Shown: positions 18,711 to 27,900 of the stretch, in pieces
Layout of the letters: each line of letters opens with the position of its first letter
Position numbering within the stretch: position 1 is the stretch's first letter
Source of the DNA: Candidatus Saccharimonadota bacterium
Lineage (GTDB): Bacteria > Patescibacteriota > Saccharimonadia > Saccharimonadales > UBA4665
Assembly (NCBI GenBank): GCA_002746885.1
Contig: PDRS01000008.1
Coordinates: 3,376-67,375, forward strand
Direction: 5' to 3'
Length of the DNA: 64,000 nucleotides
The notes under the pieces: generated by a model
Told to the model about the DNA's origin: nothing
The model's database searches: none
Seen by the model: the letters and a program-made list of their open reading frames with translations, nothing else
Made by a program: the position numbers and the translations under genes

Positions 18711-19367
18711 TCACAGACATTGTTTTGCGCGCCAGTTGTCTATGGCGGCGTGGTTGCCGCTGAGGAGTATTTCGGGAACTTTGCGGCCGCGGAAGTCTTC
18801 GGGGCGAGTGTATTGAGGATACTCTACAGTGGCGTCATCGTCCTGAAATGACTCAACTTCGGCGCTCGTTTCGCCTCCAAGCACGCCAGGAAGCAGACGC
18901 ACCACGCTATCTATGATAGTCATGGCGGGCAGTTCGCCGCCGGTGAGTACATAGTTACCCACGCAAAACTGCTCGTCTATCCATTCCGTCACGCGCTCGT
19001 CGTAGCCTTCGTAACGCGGACAAACAATAATGAGGTCCGCAACATCGGCCGCTAGACGTTTCGCGTCTGACTGTTTGTATACTTTTCCTCGAGGCGTTGG
19101 CAAAAGAACCGTCGCCCGCTGCGTAGTGCTTTTTTTGTTTTGCTGAGCATGTTCTATTGCTGCAACCAGCGGTTCTGGCTTCAGGAGCATACCGTCGCCG
19201 CCTCCGTATGGCGTATCGTCGACCTGCTGGCGCGGTCCTAGCCCAAACTGCCGCAAGTCTATAAACTCATATTTGACTATACCGCGGTCGGCCGCCTTCC
19301 AGAGCATACTGCTACCCAGCACTCCGGTGAACATTTCCGGAAAAAGCGTAATGATTTGAATCTTCAT
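18711..19367 (-). CDS. trmD: tRNA (guanine37-N1)-methyltransferase
   Basis: MKIQIITLFPEMF...DDTPYGGGDGMLLKPEP...CPRYEGYDERV...VLTGGELPAM. Confidence 0.9.
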   Translation of the reverse strand: MKIQIITLFPEMFTGVLGSSMLWKAADRGIVKYEFIDLRQFGLGPRQQVDDTPYGGGDGMLLKPEPLVAAIEHAQQNKKSTTQRATVLLPTPRGKVYKQSDAKRLAADVADLIIVCPRYEGYDERVTEWIDEQFCVGNYVLTGGELPAMTIIDSVVRLLPGVLGGETSAEVESFQDDDATVEYPQYTRPEDFRGRKVPEILLSGNHAAIDNWRAKQCL

Positions 19368-19519
19368 TACCAAGTAGTATAACCCCTGCAACGTATAATC
19401 TCTACTGTCGGCGCCGCGGTTGGCGGCACGCCTCGCGCTGCTCGCAGGAAGAATAAGTTAGCGCGCAAGCAATCTCCGCCGCCAGACAGAGACTGACCGC
19501 CCCAAGTACGTCTTACCGA

Positions 19520-19554
19520 AACCAAAACCACCCCTGTTTCCAGAGGTGGTTTTG
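19520..19554. terminator. hairpin terminator inside the KH-trmD gap
   Basis: Minus strand reads CCACCTCTG-GAAA-CAGGGGTGG followed by TTTTGGTTT. The plus strand also ends in TTTTG. Confidence 0.55.
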
Positions 19555-19821
19555 TCACATAAAGCCCCCATTCTGCTGCTGCACGAATGGCTCGCAAGAG
19601 CTGTAAGCGATGTTTGTTTTCAGTGTGTCTTTTAAAGACTCATTCTACCCTAGCACAAAACCTCTCAAAACACAAGTAGTTTGGGCAGCTCGGCAGCCAG
19701 TCGGTCGCAACCGCGAGATGGCGGCCGTCTGCCGCTGAAACATGCCCCAAAACCCCAGCGAAGCAATGTTCGCTTTTTCTTGGGCACATAAGCAACGTGC
19801 TGCACCTGAGTAGACCGCACG

Positions 19822-20319
19822 CTAAATATCGAGATCGTCGAGATCGGCCAGTTCCGCGCGAGTGCGGGCAACCGTGTCGCTTTCGCGCCGTTCTTCTGCG
19901 GGCTTTTGCTCTGGTGCACCGCCTGCGTCTTCTTCCTGAGTTTCGTCGGCTGCGTCGCTGACTGCGCTGGCGAGCGCCGAGTCATCCGCGTCATCTGTTG
20001 ACACAGCATCATCAACCGGCGCCGTCGCAGCTGGCTGCTGTTCTTTTGCCTGGTTGTTTTCATCAAGCTTATCGACATCGACAATTTTGAGGTTGTAGCG
20101 CGCTTCTTGTTTGGTACCAAGCGCCCGCAGCAACGTGCGAATACTCTGTGCTGTCGCACCGCGCTTACCAATAACACGGCCGAGATCTTCTGGATGTACG
20201 GTTAGTTCGAGCAGAACACCCTTTTCATCGACGCGGCGATCTATTTTGACTTCTTCTGGATAATTTACCAGCGATTTTACGACGTACTCTACAAATTGTT
20301 CGTCTATATTTACTGACAT
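19822..20319 (-). CDS. KH-domain RNA-binding protein (UPF0109/YlqC-like) with acidic C-terminal tail
   Basis: AGGAGG SD upstream. Core motif is GRVIGKRGATAQSIRTLL. It sits between rpsP and trmD, as in many bacteria. Confidence 0.8.
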   Translation of the reverse strand: MSVNIDEQFVEYVVKSLVNYPEEVKIDRRVDEKGVLLELTVHPEDLGRVIGKRGATAQSIRTLLRALGTKQEARYNLKIVDVDKLDENNQAKEQQPAATAPVDDAVSTDDADDSALASAVSDAADETQEEDAGGAPEQKPAEERRESDTVARTRAELADLDDLDI

Positions 20320-20458
20320 ACTGCCTCCTGTGGCTTAACTGACTCGTTCAGTATAGCGCAGAACGTTGCGCGAAAAAAGATTGCGGTGTTTGTTTGCGTA
20401 AAGCCAGCAGCACCCTTGAGTAGGTGCGGCGACAAACAAAGCACGCGAGCGGCTTGTC

Positions 20459-20899
20459 TTACTCAGACTCAGCAGCTTTTTCCGTATCTGCGGTTTCTGC
20501 CGCTTCTGCTGGCGCCTCTGGGGCGTTCTCTACTGGCGCTTCTTCGGTCTCGGCTGGCGCTTCTGGCGTTTCTTCCTTTGGTTCTTCGGGGCGGTTGCGA
20601 CGAAGCTTTTCTGGATTTCGGATTTTGCCTGATTGCTTGGCAGGAAGATGCACCCACTTCGGCAGTTTCACGCCTTCTTTTTTGAGGAGCAGCGCCGCGC
20701 GATCACTCGGCTGGGCGCCGTGATCTAGATAGTGCTGAGCGCGCTCTTTGTCGAGCACGACTTCTTTATTGTGTGGATTGTATGTGCCCACCTGCGCGAC
20801 AATCTTGCCGCTCGTTGGGGTCCGTCGACTGTCCTGAACGACAACGCGGAATTGTGCGTGGCCTTTGCGGCCTGTACGCTGCAAACGTATCACTAACAT
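20459..20899 (-). CDS. rpsP: 30S ribosomal protein S16 with low-complexity C-terminal extension
   Basis: MLVIRLQRTGRKGHAQFRVVVQDSR...VGTYNP.... Confidence 0.9.
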   Translation of the reverse strand: MLVIRLQRTGRKGHAQFRVVVQDSRRTPTSGKIVAQVGTYNPHNKEVVLDKERAQHYLDHGAQPSDRAALLLKKEGVKLPKWVHLPAKQSGKIRNPEKLRRNRPEEPKEETPEAPAETEEAPVENAPEAPAEAAETADTEKAAESE

Positions 20900-21012
20900 C
20901 GTTTACTTATGTCCTTCCCATTAGTTTTTATACTGTTCTTATTTTACACTTCTCCACCCCTGTCGTCAACTCGGCTTACGGGTCGGTAGGGTCTGGCTGG
21001 CGCGGCGGAGCG

Positions 21013-21594
21013 TCATTTTTTATCTTTTTTTCTGACCCATCCAGCAACACGTCGGCGAACACTGGGTCCAGATACTACCCCTGCAGCAAATGCCGCAGCC
21101 ATCCTGCCTATAGCAGCCGGATCTTTCCGCGAAGCGTTTAGCTCATCGATTTCTTGCTGCAATGCCGCTGCGTCTGGAAGTTCTACGGGAAGAGAATATA
21201 GAGAGCGTGGCTTTTCAGGATCAACCACGCCTGGACGCAAACTACGCACGGATTTCGCAATGCCGACGCCATTTGTCGACTCAAGCCCAAGCTCAGCGCA
21301 TTCTTCCAGAACAATTTCGGGCACTGAACCTATCGGCACGGTTTCTTTTGATAAACCCACTCCAACAACAGCATCACGACATCCTTCCAGGGCACTAACC
21401 TTGGCAATTACTTCTTCATCGCTAGCTTCTGCTATAGAATGACCCAAGAAGTAGCCGCCAAAAGCTGCAGCAACGGTCAATACCCCCACTGCGACTCTCC
21501 TGCCCAACCCCTGAAATGACTCTGGATTACTTCCGGGCTTACTCATCTGATAAGTCATTTCGCCCGCTGCTTGCTTGTAGTCCGAAAATCCCAT
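21013..21594 (-). CDS. hypothetical membrane-anchored protein
   Basis: 193-195-aa ORF with one N-proximal TM segment (RRVAVGVLTVAAAFGGYFLG) and a hydrophobic C-terminal segment. No recognisable family. Confidence 0.45.
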   Translation of the reverse strand: MGFSDYKQAAGEMTYQMSKPGSNPESFQGLGRRVAVGVLTVAAAFGGYFLGHSIAEASDEEVIAKVSALEGCRDAVVGVGLSKETVPIGSVPEIVLEECAELGLESTNGVGIAKSVRSLRPGVVDPEKPRSLYSLPVELPDAAALQQEIDELNASRKDPAAIGRMAAAFAAGVVSGPSVRRRVAGWVRKKDKK

Positions 21595-21642
21595 ACACAT
21601 CCTTTCTATTGGATATGATTATTATCTATAATTCTCATTTTG

Positions 21643-22335
21643 TCAAATATATTTTTGCAGAGCAGATGTAGCGGCGGCGACCTGGGCGGCTTGTTTACTA
21701 GGACCGGTGCCACGCCCGGCTAGTTTTTCGTGCACATACACGCCTACTGTAAACTCTTTTTCGTGATCTGGACCTTCTTCGCTAAGAACGCGGTAACTTG
21801 GCGTAGCGCCAACCTGCCCTTGCACCAACTCTTGCAAACGAGATTTAGGATCCATCCATGAACCAGTTTTCAAAATATCGTCAAATGTACTGAGGATGTT
21901 TTCGGTAATGAAGGTGCGGCACGCCTCATAACCGCGTTCTACATACAGCGCGCCGACAATCGCCTCAAACGAATTAGCCAATATTTGCGCCCTCGCTCGA
22001 TCGGTACCGCGTTTTTCGCCGCGACTCAAACGCAGCAGCTTTTCGGCGCCGAGCCGCGTTGCGGCTGCACCGATACTTTCGGTGCGCACCAGACTGCTGC
22101 GCCAGTTGGTGAGAATACCCTCCGGTTCCGAGTAGTTGTTGTACAAAAACTCAGTGACGACGAGCTCCAGCACTGCATCACCCAAAAACTCAAGGCGTTC
22201 GTTGTGCTCGCTCGCCGATTTTTTATGTTCGTTCAGGTACGAACGATGCGTAAACGCCGTGACGAGCAACTCCAGCCGCTCGAAAGCGCCGCCTAGGTAC
22301 TGTTTTGCAAACTCCTGGTATGGTGTCGTGTCCAT
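21643..22335 (-). CDS. rnc: ribonuclease III
   Basis: FTHRSYLNEH...NERLEFLGDAVLELVV is the RNase III signature. A C-terminal dsRBD is present (GPDHEKEFTVGV...GRGTGPSKQAAQVAAA). Confidence 0.92.
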   Translation of the reverse strand: MDTTPYQEFAKQYLGGAFERLELLVTAFTHRSYLNEHKKSASEHNERLEFLGDAVLELVVTEFLYNNYSEPEGILTNWRSSLVRTESIGAAATRLGAEKLLRLSRGEKRGTDRARAQILANSFEAIVGALYVERGYEACRTFITENILSTFDDILKTGSWMDPKSRLQELVQGQVGATPSYRVLSEEGPDHEKEFTVGVYVHEKLAGRGTGPSKQAAQVAAATSALQKYI

Positions 22336-22404
22336 AATGAATGGTTCGACGTTGGACGTTAGACGTTAGTAAAACACAAACGTCCAACGGCAAACGCCTA
22401 ACGT

Positions 22405-22938
22405 CTACTTGCTCCTTTCTCTTACTTTTTTCATGCCGGCCAGCATGAGTTTACCGATGTCTTCGTAAGCTATGGCATCAACCGCTTCTGTGGCAGGAAG
22501 CCACTGAATGTCGCTCAACCAGTCTTCTGGATGTAAGCGGCTGGTATTGCCGAGCCCCTCTACGAGGTAAATATGCATGGTCATCAGTACAAGCGTGTGG
22601 CCGCGGCGATAGCGGAAATTCACTTTGCCTAGCCACTGCATAACCCGCATGTCTTGCAGGCCGGTTTCCTCGCGAATTTCGCGTTCGGCCGTGGCTTTAG
22701 GTTCTTCGCCTTCCTCGACATGTCCTTTGGGAATAGTCCAGCGATTTTTTGCATCTTTGATGAGCAGAATTTCCGTGCCGTGCGTTTTTGGGTTGCGGCG
22801 AAATACGATGCCGCCCGAGGTTGTTTCGCGCACGACTTCTTCTATAACCGGCCGTCTTGAAACGAAGTTACGAAAACCAGCTATCGGCTTTTTGATACCG
22901 CCCATGGCAGCGAGCCTTTTGCGTTTTGCTTCGCCCAT
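22405..22938 (-). CDS. NUDIX hydrolase
   Basis: Nudix box GHVEEGEEPKATAEREIREETGL. Confidence 0.85.
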   Translation of the reverse strand: MGEAKRKRLAAMGGIKKPIAGFRNFVSRRPVIEEVVRETTSGGIVFRRNPKTHGTEILLIKDAKNRWTIPKGHVEEGEEPKATAEREIREETGLQDMRVMQWLGKVNFRYRRGHTLVLMTMHIYLVEGLGNTSRLHPEDWLSDIQWLPATEAVDAIAYEDIGKLMLAGMKKVRERSK

Positions 22939-22940
22939 TG

Positions 22941-23531
22941 CTAGACCGCCTTTTTCTTAGATTGCTGCTTTTCGGTCTTTGGTTGTCGAGTTTTTGCTTT
23001 GCCGGTTTTGGGCGTCGCTGAGCGCTTGGCGCTGGACTTTGGCTTTTCACTGCTGCCGTCGGCTTTTTCGGGCGATACATGCTTTTTGTCTTTCGCCGGC
23101 TGTTTGTCCTCTTTGTTTTTAAGTGCCGTACCGAGTACGCCGTTTATGAATTTACTGCTATTGTCGCCGCCAAACGCTTTGGCTAGTTCGACTGCTTCGT
23201 TGATAACGACTTTTGGCGGAACATCTGGCTCGTAGTGCAGCTCGTACAGCCCCATGCGCAGAACAACACGGTCCATACGAGCAATTTGCTCAAGCGGCCA
23301 TTCTGGCGCGAGCGGACGGAGTTCATCATCGAGTGCCTTTTCGTGCTTGGCAACACCTTTAACCAGTTCTTCTATGAAATAGACATCGTCGACCGTCGAT
23401 TCGTAGCGCGCTACGTTGCGTTTGAGTACGAGACCAAGATCAAAAGTGTCATCGCCCGCCTCGCGCCGAAAATCGAGTTCATAAAGCGTTTGCAGCGCAA
23501 CAATACGACCAAGATGGCGGTTAGATGCCAT
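22941..23531 (-). CDS. nusB: transcription antitermination factor NusB with Lys-rich C-terminal tail
   Basis: [17 protein letters not shown]...[26 protein letters not shown]. Confidence 0.85.
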   Translation of the reverse strand: MASNRHLGRIVALQTLYELDFRREAGDDTFDLGLVLKRNVARYESTVDDVYFIEELVKGVAKHEKALDDELRPLAPEWPLEQIARMDRVVLRMGLYELHYEPDVPPKVVINEAVELAKAFGGDNSSKFINGVLGTALKNKEDKQPAKDKKHVSPEKADGSSEKPKSSAKRSATPKTGKAKTRQPKTEKQQSKKKAV

Positions 23532-23649
23532 GGCGAGCTCCGTTCATGCGGTGAGTAGATGGTAGATAGTAGATGGTTTGTCGTGTCATCTCAATATTTC
23601 CCTGCGAGCCAGCACAGCAGATTCGTGCCGACGATTATGCGAGCCGAGC

Positions 23650-23814
23650 TTATTTACTCTTGCTCGCGCCAGCGAGGCCTTTTCCTGTTTCGCGGCGTGT
23701 TGTGCGAGCTTTAACCGGTGATTTTTTGTTCACCGCCCGAGCCAACTTGAGCACAAGGTGGCTTCTGCGGGCACCTGAGGCGCGTGGACTGGTTCGTTTC
23801 TTTGGCTTTCCCAT
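23650..23814 (-). CDS. rpmF: 50S ribosomal protein L32
   Basis: AAAGGAG SD upstream. I translated it by hand as MGKPKKRTSPRASGARRSHLVLKLARAVNKKSPVKARTTRRETGKGLAGASKSK. The K(K/R)RTS...RRSH N-terminus is typical of L32. It falls below the ORF-track cutoff. Confidence 0.8.
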   Translation of the reverse strand: MGKPKKRTSPRASGARRSHLVLKLARAVNKKSPVKARTTRRETGKGLAGASKSK

Positions 23815-23937
23815 AGATGTGCTAACTCCTTTTTGGAAGTTTTTTCGTTGCTATTTACGGGTATTATACAGCAATACAGCACCTATCTCAAGTCATAATT
23901 CTTGACATACAGGCATAATAAGTGCTATAATATGCGC

Positions 23938-24426
23938 ATGTGCGGAACAACACATCCATCATATCCAGTGAACAAAGATCCCAACACAGCAGCGCTTGGT
24001 CAATTACATGATCGAATTAAAACGGGCGATGAGTTTGGAGCCGCAGCAGCACTACTAGCACATGGAGATGCAGGCGGCACCGTGGGCGAGTTAAAAGATT
24101 GGGGGGATGCAAACAACATTCCGCCTGAAACAGTCAGCCACATAGGTCGAATTGCTTTCCAGCCGCCTCGAGTTACCGAGGGAGATTTAGCGGCCTACGA
24201 AACTGCGGAATTAGCCCGTAGAAAGAAACCTTCGACGAACGCTAACCCGTCAACAAAACCAGTTGCCGAAGCGCCGCCAGCGCTTGAGGGCGTCGTGGTT
24301 GAGCACCAGGGTCAACCAGTTGAAACACCTTTGACTGGCGGCGGTCATGGACCTGACGACCCCACTGGATTCGCAGACGTAAAATGGGTGAACGAGTCAG
24401 AACCAGTTACTTCACCACGAAGTTGA
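23938..24426 (+). CDS. hypothetical protein
   Basis: A canonical promoter (TTGACA, 18 nt, TGC-TATAAT) at 23902-23931 lies 6 nt before the ATG at 23938. The 162-aa product has no recognised family. Confidence 0.45.
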   Translation: MCGTTHPSYPVNKDPNTAALGQLHDRIKTGDEFGAAAALLAHGDAGGTVGELKDWGDANNIPPETVSHIGRIAFQPPRVTEGDLAAYETAELARRKKPSTNANPSTKPVAEAPPALEGVVVEHQGQPVETPLTGGGHGPDDPTGFADVKWVNESEPVTSPRS

Positions 24427-26884
24427 TGAGTTTGGCGGGAACGTAAATGCTTTTTATGATTTCCTTGCCATCTAAGTAGCCAGCGACTTTTTCGTTTTGC
24501 TTGGCTGCTTCAACCGAAGCGGCTTCGTCAGCGCCTGCGGCAATCGTTATGGTGGCGCGTAGCTTCCCGTTTATCTGCACGGCTATGGTGAGTGTGTCTT
24601 GCGCAAGGTACTCGTCTTTCCATTCTGGCCACGTGTCGTGCTGCACCGAGCTATGATGCCCGAGCTGCAACCATAGTTCGTCGGCAATGTGCGGCACAAA
24701 CGGCGCAACGCAGACCACCACGTACTCAAGTGCTGTCTGCCACGCTTCGTTGCGAGCCAGCGCATTTGCTTTAAGCTTATACAAATCATTGACGGCGGTC
24801 ATAGCCGCGGCAATCGCTGTGTTGTAGCGGTTTTCTTCTATATCGATCGTCATTTTCTTCGCCATGGCGTGCGTGGCGCGGCGGAGTTCGGCGATAGTTT
24901 TTTCGTCTGCTGCGGACGTTTCGGCCGCTAAATATTCTTGCACGAGCGTCCATATGCGCGACAAAAAACGGTGTGTACCCGGCACACCCTGCGGATCCCA
25001 GCGAACCCACTGGTCGAGCGGGGCGGCAAACATGAGGTACGTTCGTAACGCATCGGCTCCGTAGCCCTGTTCTATGATTTCGAGCGGATCGACGCCATTG
25101 CCCTTGCTTTTACTGAACATTTCGCCGTTCTGGGCGGTGACTTTGCCGTTGAAAAGAAATTGCTTGAATGGTTCCGGTTCATTTACAAGACCGAGCCGCG
25201 CGAAAAAATGTCCAATGAAGCGCGCGTACAGCAAATGCGCCGTGGCGTGGTCGGCGCCGTTATAAAAATCTATGGGTTCCCACTTTTTGACAACGTCGCT
25301 TTCGAATATTGCTTGCTGGTTGTGCGGGTCGAAATAACGGTACATGTACCAGCTACTACAGATGTAGGTGTCGAGCGTGTCTGTTTCTCGTTCGGCCGGA
25401 CCGCCGCAGGCTGGGCAGGTTGTTTTGAGCCAATCCGTTGCTCGCGCCAGCGCGCTACGACCGTCGCCGCTCGGTTTGAAGTCTTCTAGCTCTGGCAAAA
25501 CGATGGGCAGCTGGTCTTCGGGCACCAGCACAGCACCGTCTTTCGGACAGTTTACAACTGGTATCGGCGCGCCCCAATAGCGCTGACGGCTCACGCTCCA
25601 GTCGCGCATGCGGTAGTTGACACTCAGTCTGCCAGCTCCGAGCGTTTCTATCTTTTGCTGAATTTTCTTTCGACCCTCCACAAAATCAAGACCGTCAAAC
25701 TCTGCTGAGTTGGCTAGTTTGTATTTAGTGCGGTTCTGCTTGAGCTCGGTTTGATAGTTGACGAATTCCTGCTGTTCGGTAGTGTACACAATAGGCAAAT
25801 TGTATTTTTGCGCAAATTCATAATCGCGCTCGTCTTCGCCTGGCACCGCCATGACGGCGCCCGTTCCGTAGCCAGCCAGCACATAGTCGGCTATCCAGAC
25901 GGGCACTTTCTGACCGTTGACGGGGTTCACGGCAAACAGACCTTTCACTTCTACGCCTGTTTTTACTTTTTCAGATTCACGGTCAAGCTCTGACTTGCGT
26001 ACGCTTTCTGCTATGTATTCTTTGAGTTCTGCGGCATTTTCGGCCTTTTCGAGATACGTTTCGATAAGCTCGTGTTCGGGCGCAAACACCAAAAAGGTCA
26101 CACCGTAGATAGTGTCGTGCGCAGTGGTAAAAACTTCGATTGTTTCATCATCGGCACCAAGTCCGCTCAGCTTGAACTCGACTTGCATGCCTTCGCTGCG
26201 GCCAATCCAGTTGCGCTGGGCGAGTTTTACGGTGTCGGTCCAGTCTAGGTCATCTATAGACTCCAGCAGCTCATCGGCGTAATCGGTGATTTTGAAAAAC
26301 CACTGTTTGACTTCTTTTTTCTCGACTTCTGGGTCGTCTGCACCGTCGTGCCGCCAGCACTTCCCGTCTAGCACTTGTTCGTTCGCAAGCACTGTCTGAC
26401 ATTTGTTACACCACCATTGCATGCGGGCGTCCTGGTACGCCAAACCTTGCTCATACATTTTCCAAAAAATCCACTGCGTCCATTTGTAGTATTCCGGCAA
26501 ATGCGTGGCAATTTCTTTTTCCCAGTCGTTGCTCCAGCCCATGGCCTTATACTGCGTGTGATATCCCGGGATGATGGTAGCCATCGATTCTTGCGGCGAA
26601 ACGCCAGCTTTTATAGCGTAGTTTTCGGCCGGAAGACCGAACGCATCCCACCCTACCGGATGATAGCTTTCGTAACCTTGCTGGCGTTTGAACCGTGCTT
26701 TTACATCAGAAATGGTGTAGTTCATAGCGTGGCCAATGTGTATGCCCGCTCCACTGGGGTAGTTGAACATGCTCATGGCAATGTACTTCGGCTTGCTACT
26801 CTGCAGGTCAGCCGTATACACGCCTGTTTCGTCCCACAGTTTCTGCCACTTGGGTTCAATCTCTTTTGGGTTGTATCGTTTCAT
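24407..26884 (-). CDS. leuS: leucyl-tRNA synthetase
   Basis: Full-length LeuS with HIGH-type IHIGHAMNY and KMSKS-type EMFSKSKGN motifs. The start was set at the second ATG (MKRYNPKEIE). Confidence 0.95.
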   Translation of the reverse strand: MKRYNPKEIEPKWQKLWDETGVYTADLQSSKPKYIAMSMFNYPSGAGIHIGHAMNYTISDVKARFKRQQGYESYHPVGWDAFGLPAENYAIKAGVSPQESMATIIPGYHTQYKAMGWSNDWEKEIATHLPEYYKWTQWIFWKMYEQGLAYQDARMQWWCNKCQTVLANEQVLDGKCWRHDGADDPEVEKKEVKQWFFKITDYADELLESIDDLDWTDTVKLAQRNWIGRSEGMQVEFKLSGLGADDETIEVFTTAHDTIYGVTFLVFAPEHELIETYLEKAENAAELKEYIAESVRKSELDRESEKVKTGVEVKGLFAVNPVNGQKVPVWIADYVLAGYGTGAVMAVPGEDERDYEFAQKYNLPIVYTTEQQEFVNYQTELKQNRTKYKLANSAEFDGLDFVEGRKKIQQKIETLGAGRLSVNYRMRDWSVSRQRYWGAPIPVVNCPKDGAVLVPEDQLPIVLPELEDFKPSGDGRSALARATDWLKTTCPACGGPAERETDTLDTYICSSWYMYRYFDPHNQQAIFESDVVKKWEPIDFYNGADHATAHLLYARFIGHFFARLGLVNEPEPFKQFLFNGKVTAQNGEMFSKSKGNGVDPLEIIEQGYGADALRTYLMFAAPLDQWVRWDPQGVPGTHRFLSRIWTLVQEYLAAETSAADEKTIAELRRATHAMAKKMTIDIEENRYNTAIAAAMTAVNDLYKLKANALARNEAWQTALEYVVVCVAPFVPHIADELWLQLGHHSSVQHDTWPEWKDEYLAQDTLTIAVQINGKLRATITIAAGADEAASVEAAKQNEKVAGYLDGKEIIKSIYVPAKLINFVVK

Positions 26885-27003
26885 AGGCATTCAGTATAAC
26901 AGATGGACAAAAGCAACCACAGCCGCCACGCACCAAACCTACGCCCCGCCGCCACACACCACACCACCGCGTTTGCTGCTCGACTGTAGTGTATACTGGC
27001 ACC

Positions 27004-27900
27004 ATGAACACAGTTTGCGTCATATGCGGCGGAACATCTGACGAGCGCGACGTATCTTTGCGGTCGGGCGCAGCTGTCGCCGAAGCACTGAAAAGCGTTG
27101 GGCACGATGTTGATGTTTATGACGTTGACGTCAAAGACAATACGCTGCAGCGGTTTGATGTCGTTTTTCCGGTTTTGCATGGCAAGGGCGGCGAAGACGG
27201 AGTGATACAAAAACGGCTTGAGACAGCTGGGGTGTGTTTCGTCGGAACTGGCTCTACTGCTTCGGCGCTTTGTATGGACAAAACTCGCTACCGCGAAGCC
27301 ATGATAGCTGCAGGCATCAAGATGCCGGCTGGTGTAGTCGTCACAGCTGCATCGTTTGCGGCGAGCCCGCTTTCTCAGCGCCCTTACGTTCTGAAGCCAG
27401 TAAATGGCGGCTCGACCATAGATACACTCATCGTACACAGCCCGCCGCACAATGACACGGCCGCCCTCGCGGAAGTGTTCGCAAAACATACAAATTTACT
27501 TCTGGAAGAGCTTATCACGGGCACCGAAATAACGGTCGGCGTATTTGGCGGTGACGCATTGCCAGTTATTGAAATTATCCCGCCAGAGGGAGCCGATTTT
27601 GACTACGCAAACAAGTACAACGGTAAAACACAGGAACTGTGTCCGCCGCAGCATGTTTCAACAGAACAGCAACAAGCCGCTCAAGCGCTGGCACTTCAAG
27701 TCCATGCACTCGCAGGCTGCCGCGATATGTCTCGAACAGATTTCATTATCGACGAATCGGGAGTTATATATTTACTCGAAACAAACACTATTCCAGGTAT
27801 GACCGCACAAAGCTTATACCCAAAAATGGCCGCAGCGGCTGGCATAGACTTTCCGAGCCTTTGCGATCGCCTCGTACATATGGCTCTTAGTCGTCGGTAA
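27004..27900 (+). CDS. ddl: D-alanine--D-alanine ligase
   Basis: VCVICGGTSDERDVSLRSG, FPVLHGKGGEDG and LLETNTIPGMT are present (ATP-grasp fold). Confidence 0.9.
   Translation: MNTVCVICGGTSDERDVSLRSGAAVAEALKSVGHDVDVYDVDVKDNTLQRFDVVFPVLHGKGGEDGVIQKRLETAGVCFVGTGSTASALCMDKTRYREAMIAAGIKMPAGVVVTAASFAASPLSQRPYVLKPVNGGSTIDTLIVHSPPHNDTAALAEVFAKHTNLLLEELITGTEITVGVFGGDALPVIEIIPPEGADFDYANKYNGKTQELCPPQHVSTEQQQAAQALALQVHALAGCRDMSRTDFIIDESGVIYLLETNTIPGMTAQSLYPKMAAAAGIDFPSLCDRLVHMALSRR

Noticed and set aside
19665-20177. 170-aa ORF spanning the KH gene 3' end and the KH-trmD gap, a possible rimM.
   Set aside because: It is out of frame over the well-supported KH-domain gene, is Arg/Ser/Cys-rich, and shows no RimM/PRC-barrel motifs.
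23551-23575. Three tandem 7-mers (GTAGATG/GTAGATA/GTAGATG) lie between rpmF and nusB.
   Set aside because: This is a very short microsatellite-like repeat in a 118-nt spacer, with no evident function.
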